A stretch of 64,000 nt of DNA from Octopus vulgaris (GCA_951406725.2 OX597815.1:188666001-188730000), one strand, 5' to 3'. Positions 26,437 to 40,155 are shown, numbered from the stretch's first letter. A program made the numbers and translations. The notes: generated by a model from the letters alone, not told the origin.

Positions 26437-26893
26437 TATCATCATCATCATCATCATCATTGGCGGTGTCATCAGCATCATCATTGTTGTTGTCATCATC
26501 ATCATCAGCATCATAATCATCATCATTGGCGGCTTCATCATCATTGGCGGCGTCATCATCATCATCATCGTTGTCGTCATCATCATCATCATCAGTGTTG
26601 TCATCATCATCATCATAATCATCATTATCATCGGTGGCGTTGTCATCATCATCATCATCATCGTTGTCGCCATCATTATCATCATCATCGGTGTCGTCAT
26701 CATCATCATCATAATCATCATCATTGGCGGCGTCATCATCATCATCATCATCGGTGGCAGCGTCATCATCATCATCATCATCGTCATCAGCATCATCATC
26801 ATTATCATCATCATATTCATCGGTGGCGTCATCATCATCATCACTGTCGTCGTCATCATCATCATCCTCAGTGTTGTCATCATCATCATCGTT
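26437..26893. repeat. Cryptic (ATC)n-derived repeat with ggcggcgtc interruptions; expanded tail of the adjacent SINE
   Basis: Directly followed by ttttaacgcacacttttccatgc (RTE-type tail, minus strand). Confidence 0.85.
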
Positions 26894-27406
26894 GCTGTTT
26901 TAACGCACACTTTTCCATGCTTTCAAATGGAATTCATTGATGCCGAATTTTCTGTGTTTTGGATGCTCTTCCTGTCACCAACCTTCACAGTGAGCTGTGA
27001 TGGTGATGCTTGTTCACAGCTGTTATGGTATGTGAAACAAAACACACATGTACACACACATGTATACATGTTTGTTTGTGTGTGTGTGTGTGTGGGTATG
27101 ATGGGGTTCTTTGAATTTCTATCCACAAAATCCACTTCTAAGGCTTTGATCAGCCTGAAGCTATAGTAAAAGACGCTTGCCCAATTTGTCTTGCAGTAGG
27201 ACTGAACCTGCAACCATGTGCTTAGCAACAAATTTCCTAGCCCCTCACAGCCTTCATGTTTCACATTTTAATAAAGTACCAGTATTTAGAGGGAGAACAC
27301 CTTAAGGAACTGAATCTTTTCGGAAGGCATTCATATGCCTTCTTGTTTATATGTAACCTATGCAGTAGTTATATAAGCAGGGAAAATTTAACCATTTCTC
27401 TGTAGA

Positions 27407-27599
27407 TTATTTATAATAGTGTAGGTGTGGCATAGGAGTGGCTGTGTGGTAAGTAGCTTGCTTACAAACCACATGGTTCCGGGTTCAGTCCCTCTGCATG
27501 GCACCTTGGGCAAGTGTCTTCTACTATAGCCTTGGGCCGACCAAAGCCTTGTGAGTGGATTTGGTACATGGAAGCTGAAAGAAGCCCATCGTATATATG

Positions 27600-27630
<31 letters not shown>

Positions 27631-28166
27631 TTTGTTTTTGTCCCCACCAACATCGCTTGACAACCGATGCTGGTGTGTTTATGTCCTGTAACTAGCGGTT
27701 CAGCAAAAGAGACCAATAGAATAAGTACTAGGCTTACAAAGAATAAGTCCTGGAGTCGATTCGCTCGACTAAAGGCGGTGCTCCAGCATAGCTACAGTCA
27801 AATAACTGAAACAAGTAAAATAGTAAATGAGTAAAAGAGAATGGACAGAAATTTGTCCTCATCTTGTTTGTTGTTACCACAATGTTTCGGCTGATTTACT
27901 CTCCAGCCTTCATCAGATGTTCTGGTGGAATTTTGAACCCACCCCTTTATTTGAGTAATGGGATATACTGTTCTCATAGCTAAGGTATGTTGTTGATGTT
28001 ATTTTTTCATTGATATTAGCGTTGGGTTGGAAATTCCACCAGAACACCTGATGAAGGCTGGAGACCACATCAGCTGGCACTCACGATAACAACAAACGAG
28101 ATGGAGACGCCTATCTGTCCATTATAAATAATGTACATAATTTCTCATCTCAAAAATATAGAATAG
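27407..28166. mobile_element. PLE family 1 inverted pLTR pair interrupted by a SINE
   Basis: TSD catttctctg(t/c)aga 27393-27406 / 28167-28180; hammerhead on minus at 27876-27921; decayed hammerhead on plus from 28048. Confidence 0.8.
27429..27840 (+). mobile_element. Full-length family A SINE nested in the PLE arm
   Basis: Aligns over its length with 20198-20628. Confidence 0.9.
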
Positions 28167-29607
28167 CATTTCTCTGCAGAATTGAAAAAAATGATGAACA
28201 GTCTTAAATGATTTTCAAACGTTTTAGGATCCTCATTACACATGGATTTTGTTTCCTTTCCACTATCATTACCGTTTAGTCCCTTTAGCAATGTTGATAT
28301 TAATTGAATGAAATTGAATTAAAACATGTTGCCATCAATCTTGATCTTGCGCCGTCCTATCCACGACGGCTATCATCACCTCAATAAGACTGAAACAACA
28401 TCTGTAGCTTTCCCAATTGGCTTTAAAGATAAGATCCATTCCAACAATTTCAGATAGTTGATTTTATAGTTATTCCCTTTGCTATCATCGTCGTCATCGT
28501 CGTTGTCATTTGACGTCCATCTTTCATGCTAGCATGGGTGGGACTAATCTATAATATAAATTGGACATGGGCGATTGTTGTATTCTTTCTTGTCTTGAGG
28601 TTCACAGCCAAACGGCTGGGTAGATTCGTATGAAAAATGGCACACATATGAAGACGGGTGCATAGATTGGAATGTGGTTTCTATTTATTTCCTAGCCCCC
28701 ATAGTTACCGAGAAAACTTTTCTAATGGAATTCCAGTTTGTTCCACCATTAAAACAACCAGTTGCTCACACAGCCGGCATATACCATTTCGCTAGCAACA
28801 AGGAGAGTACAGGATGACAGTCAGCCAAAACTTTCACTATGCTGTCTCTCTCTTCTTTCACCTCTTTCTGGGGTTAATAATCTTCATTTTTAGTTACAGT
28901 TTCTCATTAAAACTACATAATAGGCAGAATTGTCGGATTAAGACACTAGGGTGTTTTGAGGGAGATTTGGCTACTATTTCTATCAGGCCTAGCTACCATG
29001 TAGAGTTCTGAACTTAATTTTCATTCACATATTTGCATTTCAAAAACTTAACATAATCTTTTCCATAAATCAACTATCATAAAAATTTTATATTATTGAG
29101 AAACTCTGTTATATTATGCCTAATCAAAAACGATCACAGCCACATAATCCAAACAGACTGGATGAAACCGGGCTTAGCTGATAGTTATTTTATATTTGAA
29201 ACACAGCTATTTTGTCTTCTGACTGCATGAAAAATAGCAGCAAAATTGAAGTTTTTCTACTCACTGCTTTATCTATGTTCAATCCCTATCATTTTGGTAT
29301 TTAGTATGCAGAACACTTCCCCGAGGAATTAACTTCAGTTATATTAAATACAGAAAAGGTCAACAGCATAGCACTGATACTTTCTAACTAATACCAATTG
29401 GTGATTATCATTTTCTGCATGGTTAAAAACAAAACTATTTACATTTTGGTCGTGACATTTCTGAAGCCGTTTTGTACTTACAAAAGGGAATCATAAAAAA
29501 AATTTAACCTCAACTGATTTCTTATCTTGATATGGTAAGCATTCTACTGAGGGAATAAAAAGACCTTTAAAGAATGTATATATTGCATATATGTTTCAAT
29601 TAATTTA

Positions 29608-29838
29608 AGGTGGTGAGTTGGCAGAAACGTTAGCACGCTGGGCGAAATGCGTAGCTGTATTTCGACTGCCATTACGCTCTGGGTTCAAATTCCGCCGAGA
29701 TCGACTTTGCCTTTCATCCTTTCGGGGTCGATTAAATAAGTACCAGTTATGCACTGGGGTCGATGTAATCGACTTAACCCGTTTGTCTGTCCTTGTTTGT
29801 CCTCTCTGTGTTTAGCCCCTTGTGGGTAGTAAAGAAAT
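29608..29838 (+). mobile_element. SINE family B monomer
   Basis: ~20-bp TSD atatatgtttcaattaattt (29587-29606 / 29839-29858). Confidence 0.92.
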
Positions 29839-29907
29839 ATATATGTTTCAATTAATTTTAGAAATAACTAAGAATTTGGAGGAATTTAGTAAAATAACTT
29901 TTTTGGA

Positions 29908-30158
29908 TTTCGTTTTGGATTTGGTTTGCAAGATTCTTTATATGAGTTCGTGTGTTGAAGTATATTCTGTTGTGTCTGGGGAGAGTCATTTTCTTTTTGT
30001 GCCTTATAATGTAACACATTCACTGGTAAAATTTCCACCCTTTTCTTATTTTTTATTTTCCTAGGAAAATAGAAAATAATAAATAAGTGGAAATTTTACC
30101 GGTGAGTGTGTTACATTATAAGGCACAAAAAGAAAATGACTCTCCTCAGACACAACAG
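29908..30158. mobile_element. PLE family 2 inverted termini (no hammerhead retained) inside an old TTAA-MITE
   Basis: Arms inverted about 30061-30064; degenerate 12-bp TSD aacttttttgga / aactattttcga. Confidence 0.8.
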
Positions 30159-31056
30159 AACTATTTTCGAATATAACTTGATAAAAGATTCTTAAATAAA
30201 ATTATGGTGGATGGTTTTAATCTAAACACAAACACTATTTTTGCTTGAAGGAATGAGAGTCAGTCTCAGGTGGGTGGTTTTAAAAGGGTTAACATGAGAA
30301 TAAATAATGATCCCTCTTTAAAGAAAATGGGTATTATGTCAACAATATGAATTTTGCCTTGATTTTCATATGAAACTGTAGGCTATACGATAATTATTGT
30401 ATAAATCAGTAATCTCATGATAATGGAATGATATTGAATGCCATTCTTTACAGAACTGGATGATGCTAAATCAGATGTTAGTATGATATGTAAAGATATA
30501 TTGTTCAAGTAGGCTCAGGTGTACATGACAGTAGCTTCAGAGAACTATGATATTTATTATTGACAAAGGAATGTAAACATAACGAGTTTTTACAATTCAT
30601 TTTTTTCTGCATTCCTACAAATTCTATCTCTTGATATGGCTTTTTCTGTCACACACCATTAGATCTGATGTACTATAAAGTCCAGTTTTGTTCTTCGTCT
30701 CTCACATTCTTTCTCTTTAAACCAGCATTATACTTTCTTGCAGGTTCAGTAATCAGGTGGCAGTTACCTGGTTGGTTTGTTAATTAAGCATTAGAAATAA
30801 CAGCCATATCCTCTTTAAGCTACTCTAGCTTAAAGTAAAGCAGGACACATTGGGTATTATATATTACCTGATATACAAAATAATAGAATGGAAACAGTCT
30901 TTAATTAGTCCTCTGTAAGAAGACCTATAATCAAAGGTATTCCAACCATGACCATTACATCTCATTGTTAGGAATAATGTACTGTGAAATACTCTGTTCT
31001 GTATGTCATTTTTAAGATGGTTTGGATATGATTTGAGAAAGATTCGGTTACTATTT

Positions 31057-31355
31057 GTTTGTTCCTTCTCGAGCCATGCCTGGCTCATGAGAGCCGGTTT
31101 CCCAGTTCCCTTGGCATATAGGTTCCCCACCTGGACAGGACGCAGGTCCAACACAGGTGAGCTGCAAGATGCAGGAGGAAAGAGTGAGAGAAAGTTGTGG
31201 CGGAAGAGTCAGCAGAAGTTCGCCATTACCGTCTGCCGGAGCTGCGTGGAGCTTTGGTGTTTCGCTCATAAACACACACATTGTCTGGTCTGAGATTCGA
31301 ACCCACAATCCCTCAACTGCGAGTCCGCTGCTCTAACCACTAGGCCATGTGCGTC
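31057..31355 (-). mobile_element. tRNA-derived SINE family C with a V-domain-like body
   Basis: tggcctagtggttagagc A box, ggttcgaatc B box, gcgtcctgtccaggtgggg; TSD cggtt(a/g)ctattt. Confidence 0.85.
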
Positions 31356-32093
31356 CGGTTGCTATTTAAGCAATATGAACAAGCATGTACCAGTCTCATT
31401 ATATTTACTAACACTGAATGATTACTAAAGGCTGACTACAGTTTACTGGAATTCAAATGCAACAAAGAAATATTTGAAAAGTTAATAATTGTTTTCCCTG
31501 GGATATGTGTGTATGTGTGTGTAAACAAACAATAGATACAGTAGCATATTTGGTTATGTTATAATTTTTTTCTAAATATTATAATATCGAGCACTTTGTT
31601 AATTATTTAAGATAAAAAAAAAATTATTTCTTTTGGTAATAGTTAAACTAAGAGGGCTGTCATAGTTTGGTATTAATGCAATTTGACTTGGAACATTTCT
31701 AGCACAGTTGTAAACTTGTAAAAGCAAAAAGAATTGAAGTTTTCCTCATAGAGGTATTCAATTTTGCCTTCCTTGCTATGATATATTAATTTAGCATTTT
31801 GAAATGAAAGCACTTCAACAGATCCTCCTTAATATAGCTAAAGCTTCCAACAGTTATATCTTCTCTGTTGTTGTCAACTGAGATTCAATCATCTCCTAAA
31901 AGTTTCATTAATTTCCTTAGCTACTCTTTTTCTTCTTGCACAAGAATATATATGCATATTATATATATATATATGTGTGTGTGTGTATATATATGATGGC
32001 GATAAATTTATATATCTTAAAGTTTATGAGTTGATCAAGTAAATGCTAGTTCTTGTGTTCTTGTCCCAGTTCATATATATCTTTATATTTGAA

Positions 32094-32149
<56 letters not shown>

Positions 32150-32419
32150 TTTGAATATATATCTATATTTGAATATATATATATAAATATATATTTGATT
32201 TTTTAACTATTAGTTGTTCAAATACCAGCTTCTATGTTTTGTCTCATTTTACTTCTTTCTCTCTCTCCATGTATGTGTGTGTGTGTGTGTGCGTGTGTGG
32301 GTGCATGTGTGTGTATGTATGTGTGTGTGTGTGTGTGTATCTATCCAATTGTTTCTTAGCCTACCTAACAATAGTTTTTCTTTCCTTGTCCTTTTAAACT
32401 CTCTATAAGTATTAAACAT

Positions 32420-32970
32420 TTTTCATCTTGTCAGACATTGAAATTATAACCTTCTTTTACTACTTTTAAATCTCTCTTTCTTCAAATGGAACATTCCTTT
32501 TCAGGCCAAACATGGTAAAAACATTTTCTAGTTTAAAAGAGATTCTCCTATTGAGCATGACAAATAACATTCCATACATCTCCTCACTAGTATTGCAAAA
32601 CTCTTTGAGATATTAGCATACTCATATTTAATAAATATTCCTCATTAATTTCGTTGTTTATATTCTTTTCGGTTTCATTTTGATAGACAACTCAACTATC
32701 CACGCTTTCATGAACATCTGTAAGAACATTCAAGTCTTTCTTGACCTTAGTAAGTTTATATGTGGTGCCTTTATTGATCTTCAGAAAGTTTTCAATACTA
32801 TTGATCATAATATATTTTTAGACAAACTACATACACCATTATAGTATTTGTGGTCTGTCTAATTGTGCTTCAGGTCATACATAACAGCAACTGATCAGTA
32901 CGTCTCTTTCACAGAATTTGATTTGATTTTATGAAGACAAGCATCAATCTTGGGTTACTAGAGGGAAATA
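32420..32970 (+). pseudogene. Old CR1-type reverse transcriptase remnant
   Basis: LLTSIAKLFE...STIHAFMNICKNI...CGAFIDLQKVFNTIDHNIFLDKL...FRSYIT..QYV. Confidence 0.8.
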
Positions 32971-33607
32971 ATATATCTATCTGTTGTGTATTATTAACTT
33001 CCTTTAAACTGTTAATTATTAAAAATTCAGTTCAGAAAAGGTTAAACTCAAAATCTCAAATTTCTGTGTGAGTGTCTTAAAATATTTTCAAATGCATCAT
33101 GCCATAAATGAAAGCTTATTACATCGTTGTTATAGAGACAATGTAAGTAGTTTAAATACACATATTTTGTAATAGTATCATATATTATTGAACATCAAAG
33201 TCTTTTATAAAATAAAACAGAAGGATGTGAAATGATGTATATGAGTTTTAAATGGCTACCTTGACTTTTCAGTGATGTAATGGTTTCTGTTCTATCACAA
33301 TCTCAAATAAAATCTTTTGCCAAACATGACCAACTTCAGAAGTCTATTAGTTTTCTACTAGAAATGAAAAGTGCATATTGTTTTTTTTTTTAACTAGGAG
33401 TCCCTATCAACAAGGTGACAAGCAATCAGCAACAAAACAGACTCCAGCGACTAACAGTTTATTGGGATGAAAAATCTGCCCTACAAACCATAAAATAACC
33501 AAAACAAGACTTGGAAGAATTAAGACTCTATCAGGGAAACAAGAAGGACGGATGTTCAGGGAAAGACCGTAATGGAATAGTGTTAATAAAAGAGAGAGTA
33601 ACAACAG

Positions 33608-34078
33608 TTAACCCTTTCGATACCAACCCGTCTGAAACCACCTCTTGCTCTGTAGTACAAATGTCTTGTTTTCATAAATTTTGAATTAAAATCTTCCACA
33701 AAGCCTTAGTCACAATTTATCTTCCTAACACTAGCTTAATGACAACTAAGTTATTTTACTAAGTTCTTTGTTATATTTAAAATTAATTGAAAGAAACACA
33801 GAACCTCTCAACAGAAATATGGTAACGAAAAGGTTAACAAATGATTAATTTAACCCTTTCATTACCAACCCGGCTGAAAGCAGCTCTGGCTCTGTAGTAC
33901 AAATGTCTTGTTTTCATAAGTTCTGAATTAAGATCTTCCACCAAGCCTTAGTCACAATTTATCTTCCTAACACTAGCTTAATGAGAACTAAGTTATTTTA
34001 CTAAATTCTTTGTTATATTCAAAGTAATTGAAAGAAACACAGAGTATCTCAAAATAAATGCAGTAATGAAAGGGTTAA
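33608..34078 (+). mobile_element. Dimeric piggyBac-like MITE (TTAA|CCCT...AGGG|TTAA x2)
   Basis: Two ~225-bp monomers joined by ttaa-caaatgattaat-ttaa. Confidence 0.85.
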
Positions 34079-34421
34079 AGAGTGAGAATTGATAGAAAAT
34101 GAATTACTTGGTTAGCAACCTTAAGGAATTTGGGGAGAACAATGACAATGGAAGATTTTAGAGCAGTGATTTTCAACTAGAGTCCATATGGCCTTTGCTC
34201 CATATGCAATTTTGGTGTTAAAATTTAAGTACAATAAATTGTTTATTTTTCTACAGTGCAGAAGACATTTTAACAATTCAATTTTTTTTTATTTAATTCC
34301 CAATAATATTTAATAATAAGAATATAACAGAATTTTTAAAAACCTCGTATGGCTTTAAGGGTCAAATAGAATAAAATAGGAACGATATTGGTTTTACTTG
34401 ACTCAACAGGTCTTCTCAAGC

Positions 34422-34430
34422 ATATATATA

Positions 34431-34511
<81 letters not shown>

Positions 34512-34690
34512 ATATATATATATGCATATATGTATACATACATACAAACATACATACATATATATACACACACATACATACACACACATATATATATATA
34601 TATAAATATAAATATATATACATATATATGTATATATATATACACACATAGATATATTTACGCACATATATACTCATATATAAATGTATA
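34422..34690. repeat. Compound TA/CA microsatellite
   Basis: Direct inspection. Confidence 0.92.
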
Positions 34691-35495
34691 GACATAAGTA
34701 GACATATGTGTGTATATGTTTTCCTTTTCTTTGTTAACAAAATTTCAACAGTTTCTTTCTACCAACAAATATTTTGATTCATTATAATAAAAAAAAATGT
34801 TTAAATGTTTACTTGCAACTGACGTTGAAAAAGCACCATCCATTTTTTCCTTTTCTTTTTGTCTTTTTTTCTTTTTTTGGTTTTGCTTACCTTTCATACA
34901 ATCTTTTATATTTACTTAAACTATCACAATTTATATCTTCAACAGGAATGCTACACTGTTTTATCTTCACTGTTTGATTTTAATTTACCATTCAATGAAT
35001 ATAGAAAAAAGAATTCAAATTGTTGCTTACAAAAAAAAAATAGGCACCAGTTAACGAGTAAATGTTAATTAAAAGATAAGAGTTGAAAATATTTTGCTTG
35101 AATAATCTTCCAATGTTAATTCTTTCTTAAAATATTCATAGTGTGGTTATATTCTCTAAATATTATCTGTTATCAAAGAAATTTACGAGAGACTATTGAG
35201 CAGTCTATTATCAAAGAACTTTACCAAACAATAGTCGACTCTTTGAAGGTGTCAGAAGCTATGTTGCTGTTGAATTAAATTTGATTAACACAAGAGAATA
35301 GAAATATCTCCTGAATTTTGTTTAGAACGGTAAAATTAATTACTGCCATGCATTGAAATTATTTTAATTAAAGAATATTAAATCAATAGAAGACATATTT
35401 AAGGGGATGTTGGTTACAATAAAGATATTGTGTTTTTTTAAAGATTCACATCGGTTCTTGCTAATTCTTACTAATTGCATTATATAGTAAAAGTA

Positions 35496-35728
35496 AGGCG
35501 GTGAGTTTGCAGAAACATTAGCACACCAGGCCAAATGCTTAGTGGTATTTCGTCTGTCTTTACATTCTGAGTTCAAATTCCGCTAAGGTCGACTTTGCTT
35601 TACATCCTTTCAGGGTCGATAAATTAAGTTCTTGTTATGCACTGGGGTCGATGTAATCGACTTTATCCGTTTGTCTGTCCTTGTTTGTTCCCTCTATGTT
35701 TAGCCCCTTGTGGGCAATAAAGAAATAA
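35496..35728 (+). mobile_element. SINE family B monomer
   Basis: Aligns with 29608-29838. Confidence 0.9.
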
Positions 35729-36177
35729 GAATCAAGCAGACTTATGTTCAAAAGTATTCTACCCTTAACCATTCCATAAATTCTCCAATGTGCTTTCTTT
35801 CTAAGACAATAGATTTCAAGGGATATTTGACTGCTAATTTTAGCATACAGGACAATGACATAAAAGCCCTGCAACTGGTTTGTTTATCTTCTACACTTCT
35901 TCTTTTCCACAAGCATCCACCTACAAACAACCAGCCAATCAAATTTCACCAGACTAGGAGACACTGCAAATGTACAGGCATCATTTTCCTTCTCATCAAA
36001 TAATCAAAATAAGCTTTGTTGTGTATGATAAACACATTTGTTATGGTTCTATATTTAAGAGATGAGGAATTATGTACATTATTTACATTATTTACAGTAT
36101 ATACATTATTTACATTTGACGGATATTTGTCCTCATCTTGTTTGTTGTTAACACAACGTTTCGGCTAATATACCCTC

Positions 36178-36248
36178 GGGCATATGGTGTAGTGGTTAAG
36201 AGCGTGGGCTACTAACCTAAAGATTCTGAATTCGATTCCAGGCAGTGA

Positions 36249-36250
<2 letters not shown>
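36178..36250 (+). ncRNA. tRNA-like Pol III cassette
   Basis: gggcatatggtgtagtggttaagagcgtgggctactaacctaaagattctgaattcgattccaggcagtgacc. Confidence 0.72.
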
Positions 36251-36279
<29 letters not shown>

Positions 36280-36435
36280 GATAATAATAATAATAATAAT
36301 AATATTAATAATAATAATAATAATAATGATATTAATAATAATAATAATAATAATAATAATGATAATAATAATAATAATATTAACAACATCGAAAAATACT
36401 TTAGGAATGAGAACCCAGGTTCGAAATTTCCCCAA

Positions 36436-36481
36436 GACAGCTGATGAAGGCTGGAGGGTATATCAGCCGAAACATTGTGTT
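36436..36481 (+). ncRNA. Minimal type I hammerhead ribozyme motif
   Basis: gacag-CTGATGA-a-ggctg-gagggtatat-cagcc-GAAA-ca-TT-gtgtt; the inverted arm keeps the palindromic GAAA-cg-TT. Confidence 0.8.
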
Positions 36482-37512
36482 AACAACAAACAAGATGAGG
36501 ACAAATATCTGTCAAATGTAAATAATGTAAATACTGTAAATAATGTAAATAATGTACATTTGTTATGTTTTTTTTATACTTTTACTTTATATGTGACGTC
36601 TGATTTTCTGAGTTTATTTGTAACATCCAACTGTTCTGTGAATTATTTCTTAATATAATTTTCGTGATATCAAAACCGAAACCTCAGACCATGTGCTACT
36701 TATAACGCCTGGCATGAATTGTAACAAGCTACACCGACCACAATACACCTGTTCACCATACCATGTTGCATGTATAAATAGGTGTGGTCTGGCTCTTTCT
36801 ATCCCATCTCTCTCTCTCTCACTCTCTCTCTCTCACTCTCTCTCTCTCTCTCTTCCACACACACTCTCCACTCTTTCTCTCTCTGTCTCTCCTATTCACT
36901 GTACCACATTTGTAAAATAAAGGACAGTTAGTTCAAATTTAACCATATTTCATCACCCAAGTCACCATCCTTATCACCTGACCTAGTTTGCCTATCGCCA
37001 TAACTATCACTCTTCCTTTCTTTCTACTTCCTTCTCATTCTCTTCACATTGTTTCATATTCTCACTTCCTCCACCCAATCATCTCCTGTTATCAGTTTCT
37101 CTACTAGTGACTGTCTCACTCTGTACCTAGAGAAGATGAACGTATCACAGATTAGTGGGGACCCACCGCTCTTACAAGGGGTTAAGTCAACCTCATGACT
37201 GCTAGAGCTAAGATAAAGCACACCCAGGATACTTTATAAATGCATAGTGACTGAGCAGAGACAATATACAGACAGAACTATTTAGTGTTGCTGGAGACAT
37301 GACAACATCTCAAATGCTGGTGCCTCAATAAAATGCACCCAACACCTTCTGTAAAATTATTGTGATGGGAAGGGCTTCCAGCCACAGAAACCGAACCCAA
37401 AATAAAAATGAATAATATGTGGTCACCCAATGCATCAAGAAAGGAAGTATCTTTGAATAATAACTGTCCATAACAACCCATTCAATTCATGCCAGCATGG
37501 AAAACATACATA

Positions 37513-37725
37513 TGATGATGGTGATAAGGATGATGATGATCATGATGATGATGGTGATGGTGATGGTGGTGATGATGGTGGTGAGGATGGCGATGGTGAT
37601 GATGGTGGTGTTGATGGTGATGATGGTGATGATGGTGATGGTGATGATGGTGGTGATGATGGTGATGATGGTGATGCTGGTGATGATGATGGTGATGATG
37701 ATGACGATGGTGGTGGTGGTTGTGG
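37513..37725. repeat. (GAT/GGT)n expansion of an RTE-type tail
   Basis: Follows catgccagcatggaaaac. Confidence 0.9.
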
Positions 37726-39744
37726 TAATTATTATTATTAGTTCAATAGACTTATTTTTATCACATGCTTTCACTGCACTACCAAGTACAGTTCTGTGTG
37801 CCTTGGGTATGTGTTATGATTTGTTTTAGTGTTATTATTTTCACTGTACTGAAAGTGCTTTAAGTTGAATGTATGCAGTGCCTAGTCGTGTTATTTTCTG
37901 TGTTATATATATATATATTCCTAAATCCTAGTTTTGGCTATGTGTTTGTCTGTATATTTTTTAATCATACCTAATGCACCTATTATTATAAGGATCACTT
38001 CTGTTTTTAGACTCCACATTCAGGTTATCTCTCTATCCAGATCTTTGTATTTTGTATTGTCATTATTATTAATAGTGTGTTTCTTAATGTCTCGTCTCCC
38101 CCATCTCAAAGCATTGTTTGCAATATCTAATATGAACAACAGCTCTGTTTCAGAAGCTATCACCAAAGCAATTAAGTTAAAACAGATTCCTTCATTATCT
38201 TATTGACCATTTTACAGCAACCATTCTCTCTTCATTGATGTTGAGATGCCAAAGAAAATTCAATTTCTGTATGTAAGAAAATGGTAAACTTGACATTCGG
38301 AGCAGATGCGAAATGGAGACCAAGGTCAGTGTAAGCACAGGCATAGAACTTCTGCATGAAAATGATACCAAATGCTTGCTGAGAACGATGTCTATTGTAT
38401 TGCTAAAGCTTTTACAAGTATAAAGGAAGCTGGATCTTGTAATAATTACAAGAAAAACATAGGTCAAATGTTAGCTACTATCCTGGTTGCCATTTATGCT
38501 AACACCTCATAAAAGAGAGAAATAAAAGTTTAAATTGTTTTTAAGTTTTCTTGTGTTGACAAAATTCTCTCCTTTAAAGTAGATATTTAGTCACAGATTA
38601 CTTACTGTTGCACATACATTAATGTTGGATATAAATTGTTACTAATGCAATAATAGTACTTTGGCAGTAATAGATGAGCTTGCGTATCATAAATGAAGGA
38701 TAGTCACTGAAACCTTCCCATAAATAAAATTTAAAACCCAAAATCTGTACATATAGTATGGCTATGATGTTCTATTTATTGTACATGCACGACAATCAAA
38801 ATGTGGCTGTGTGGTAAGAAGTTTGCTTACCAACCACATGGCTCCAGGTTCAGTCCCACTGCATAGCACCTTGGACAAGTGTCTTCCAATACAGGTTCTG
38901 GTTGACCAATGCCATATGTGTGGATTTGGTAGACAGAAACTGAAAGGCAGCGAGCTGGCAGAAACGTTAGCATGCCGGGTAAAATAACAAAAAAGGTTAG
39001 TTCAAAGATACAAAAAGACAAAAATAATTTTCATTATTCTGTTTTTACTAACAAAGAAATTAGATCTCGACAGATCTTGCTAATAAAATAACACAACAAA
39101 ATTCTGCATCACTAAATTTGAGAATACAGTTCAATATAGAATTCAAACATGGAAAATTCTAGATGTTAATTTGCAACAGGAAAGCTATGTTTATGTGGAA
39201 GTGTTTGTGAAAAATGTTCATTGATAAGTCAATTAGATAATTTGTTGTACAAATACAAGGTAAAATGCACATAGGACATTTTTATATTTCTTTCTCCACA
39301 GACTAATTTGCATTGTGAATTTAGATTTGTGTGAACAGGTAACTGCTATCAAGAGAGAATGAAATGCAGGTAAAATAAAACCTGACTCATGGTTACTACC
39401 AGAATAAAAATAAAAGAACGCAGAGAGACAGGCCTGTCTGTGTTGAGTGAAATATGCTAACCAAGACAAAAGAGAATAGATTTTCAGAAGCTTTTGTAGA
39501 AAAATTAGGTCTACACATTGCTGGTTTCTGATTAGTCAAACAATATATCTGGAAAGGTGGGGGACTAAAATGTCATCAGCTGAAATAGCATAATTAGATC
39601 ATCACAAAAGGTGCATACATACTTAACGGGAATGAATGAAAGAGGTTGCAAGTTGACCAAAAGATTGAAGTAATGTACCTTGTATACAGGTACGAAGGTA
39701 AAAACTAGGAATTCTACTAATGATTGGCTTCAACTGACCAACAA

Positions 39745-40155
39745 TTACTCTTTTACTTGTTTCAGTCATTTGACTGTGGCCATGCTGGAGCACTGCCTTT
39801 AGTCGAGCAAATCGACCCCAGGACTTATTCTAAGCCTAGTACTTATTCTATCAGTTGTTTTTGCTGAACCGCTAAGTTACAGAGACGTAAACACACCAGC
39901 ATCGGTTGTCAAGCGATCGTGGGTGGGGGGACAAATACAGACACACACACACACACACACATATACACATATACACATATATGTACATATATACAACGGG
40001 CTTCTTTCAGTTTCCATCTACCAAATCCACTCACAAGGCTTTGGTCGGCCCGAGGCTATAGTAGAAGACACTTGCCCAAGGTGCAATGCAGTGGGACTGA
40101 ACCCAGAACCATATGGTTGGTAAGCAAGCTACTTAACACACAGCCACACCTGTGC
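39745..40155 (-). mobile_element. Full-length family A SINE
   Basis: Reverse complement aligns with 20198-20628. Confidence 0.9.

Larger units (their letters stand above)
36046..36555. mobile_element. Non-autonomous PLE family 1: inverted pLTR, tRNA-like head, (AAT)n, hammerhead pLTR
   Basis: TSD acatttgttatg 36034-36045 / 36556-36567; 36046-36177 is the inverse of the pLTR starting at ~36453. Confidence 0.88.

Noticed and set aside
26371-27166. Met-rich and Ile-rich ORFs (reflectin-like?)
   Set aside because: Trinucleotide expansion of a retroposon (GAT)n tail; no reflectin motif or Tyr/Arg/Trp content.
36178-36250. Functional tRNA gene
   Set aside because: Mismatched acceptor and anticodon stems, no T-run terminator directly downstream, and embedded in a repeat.
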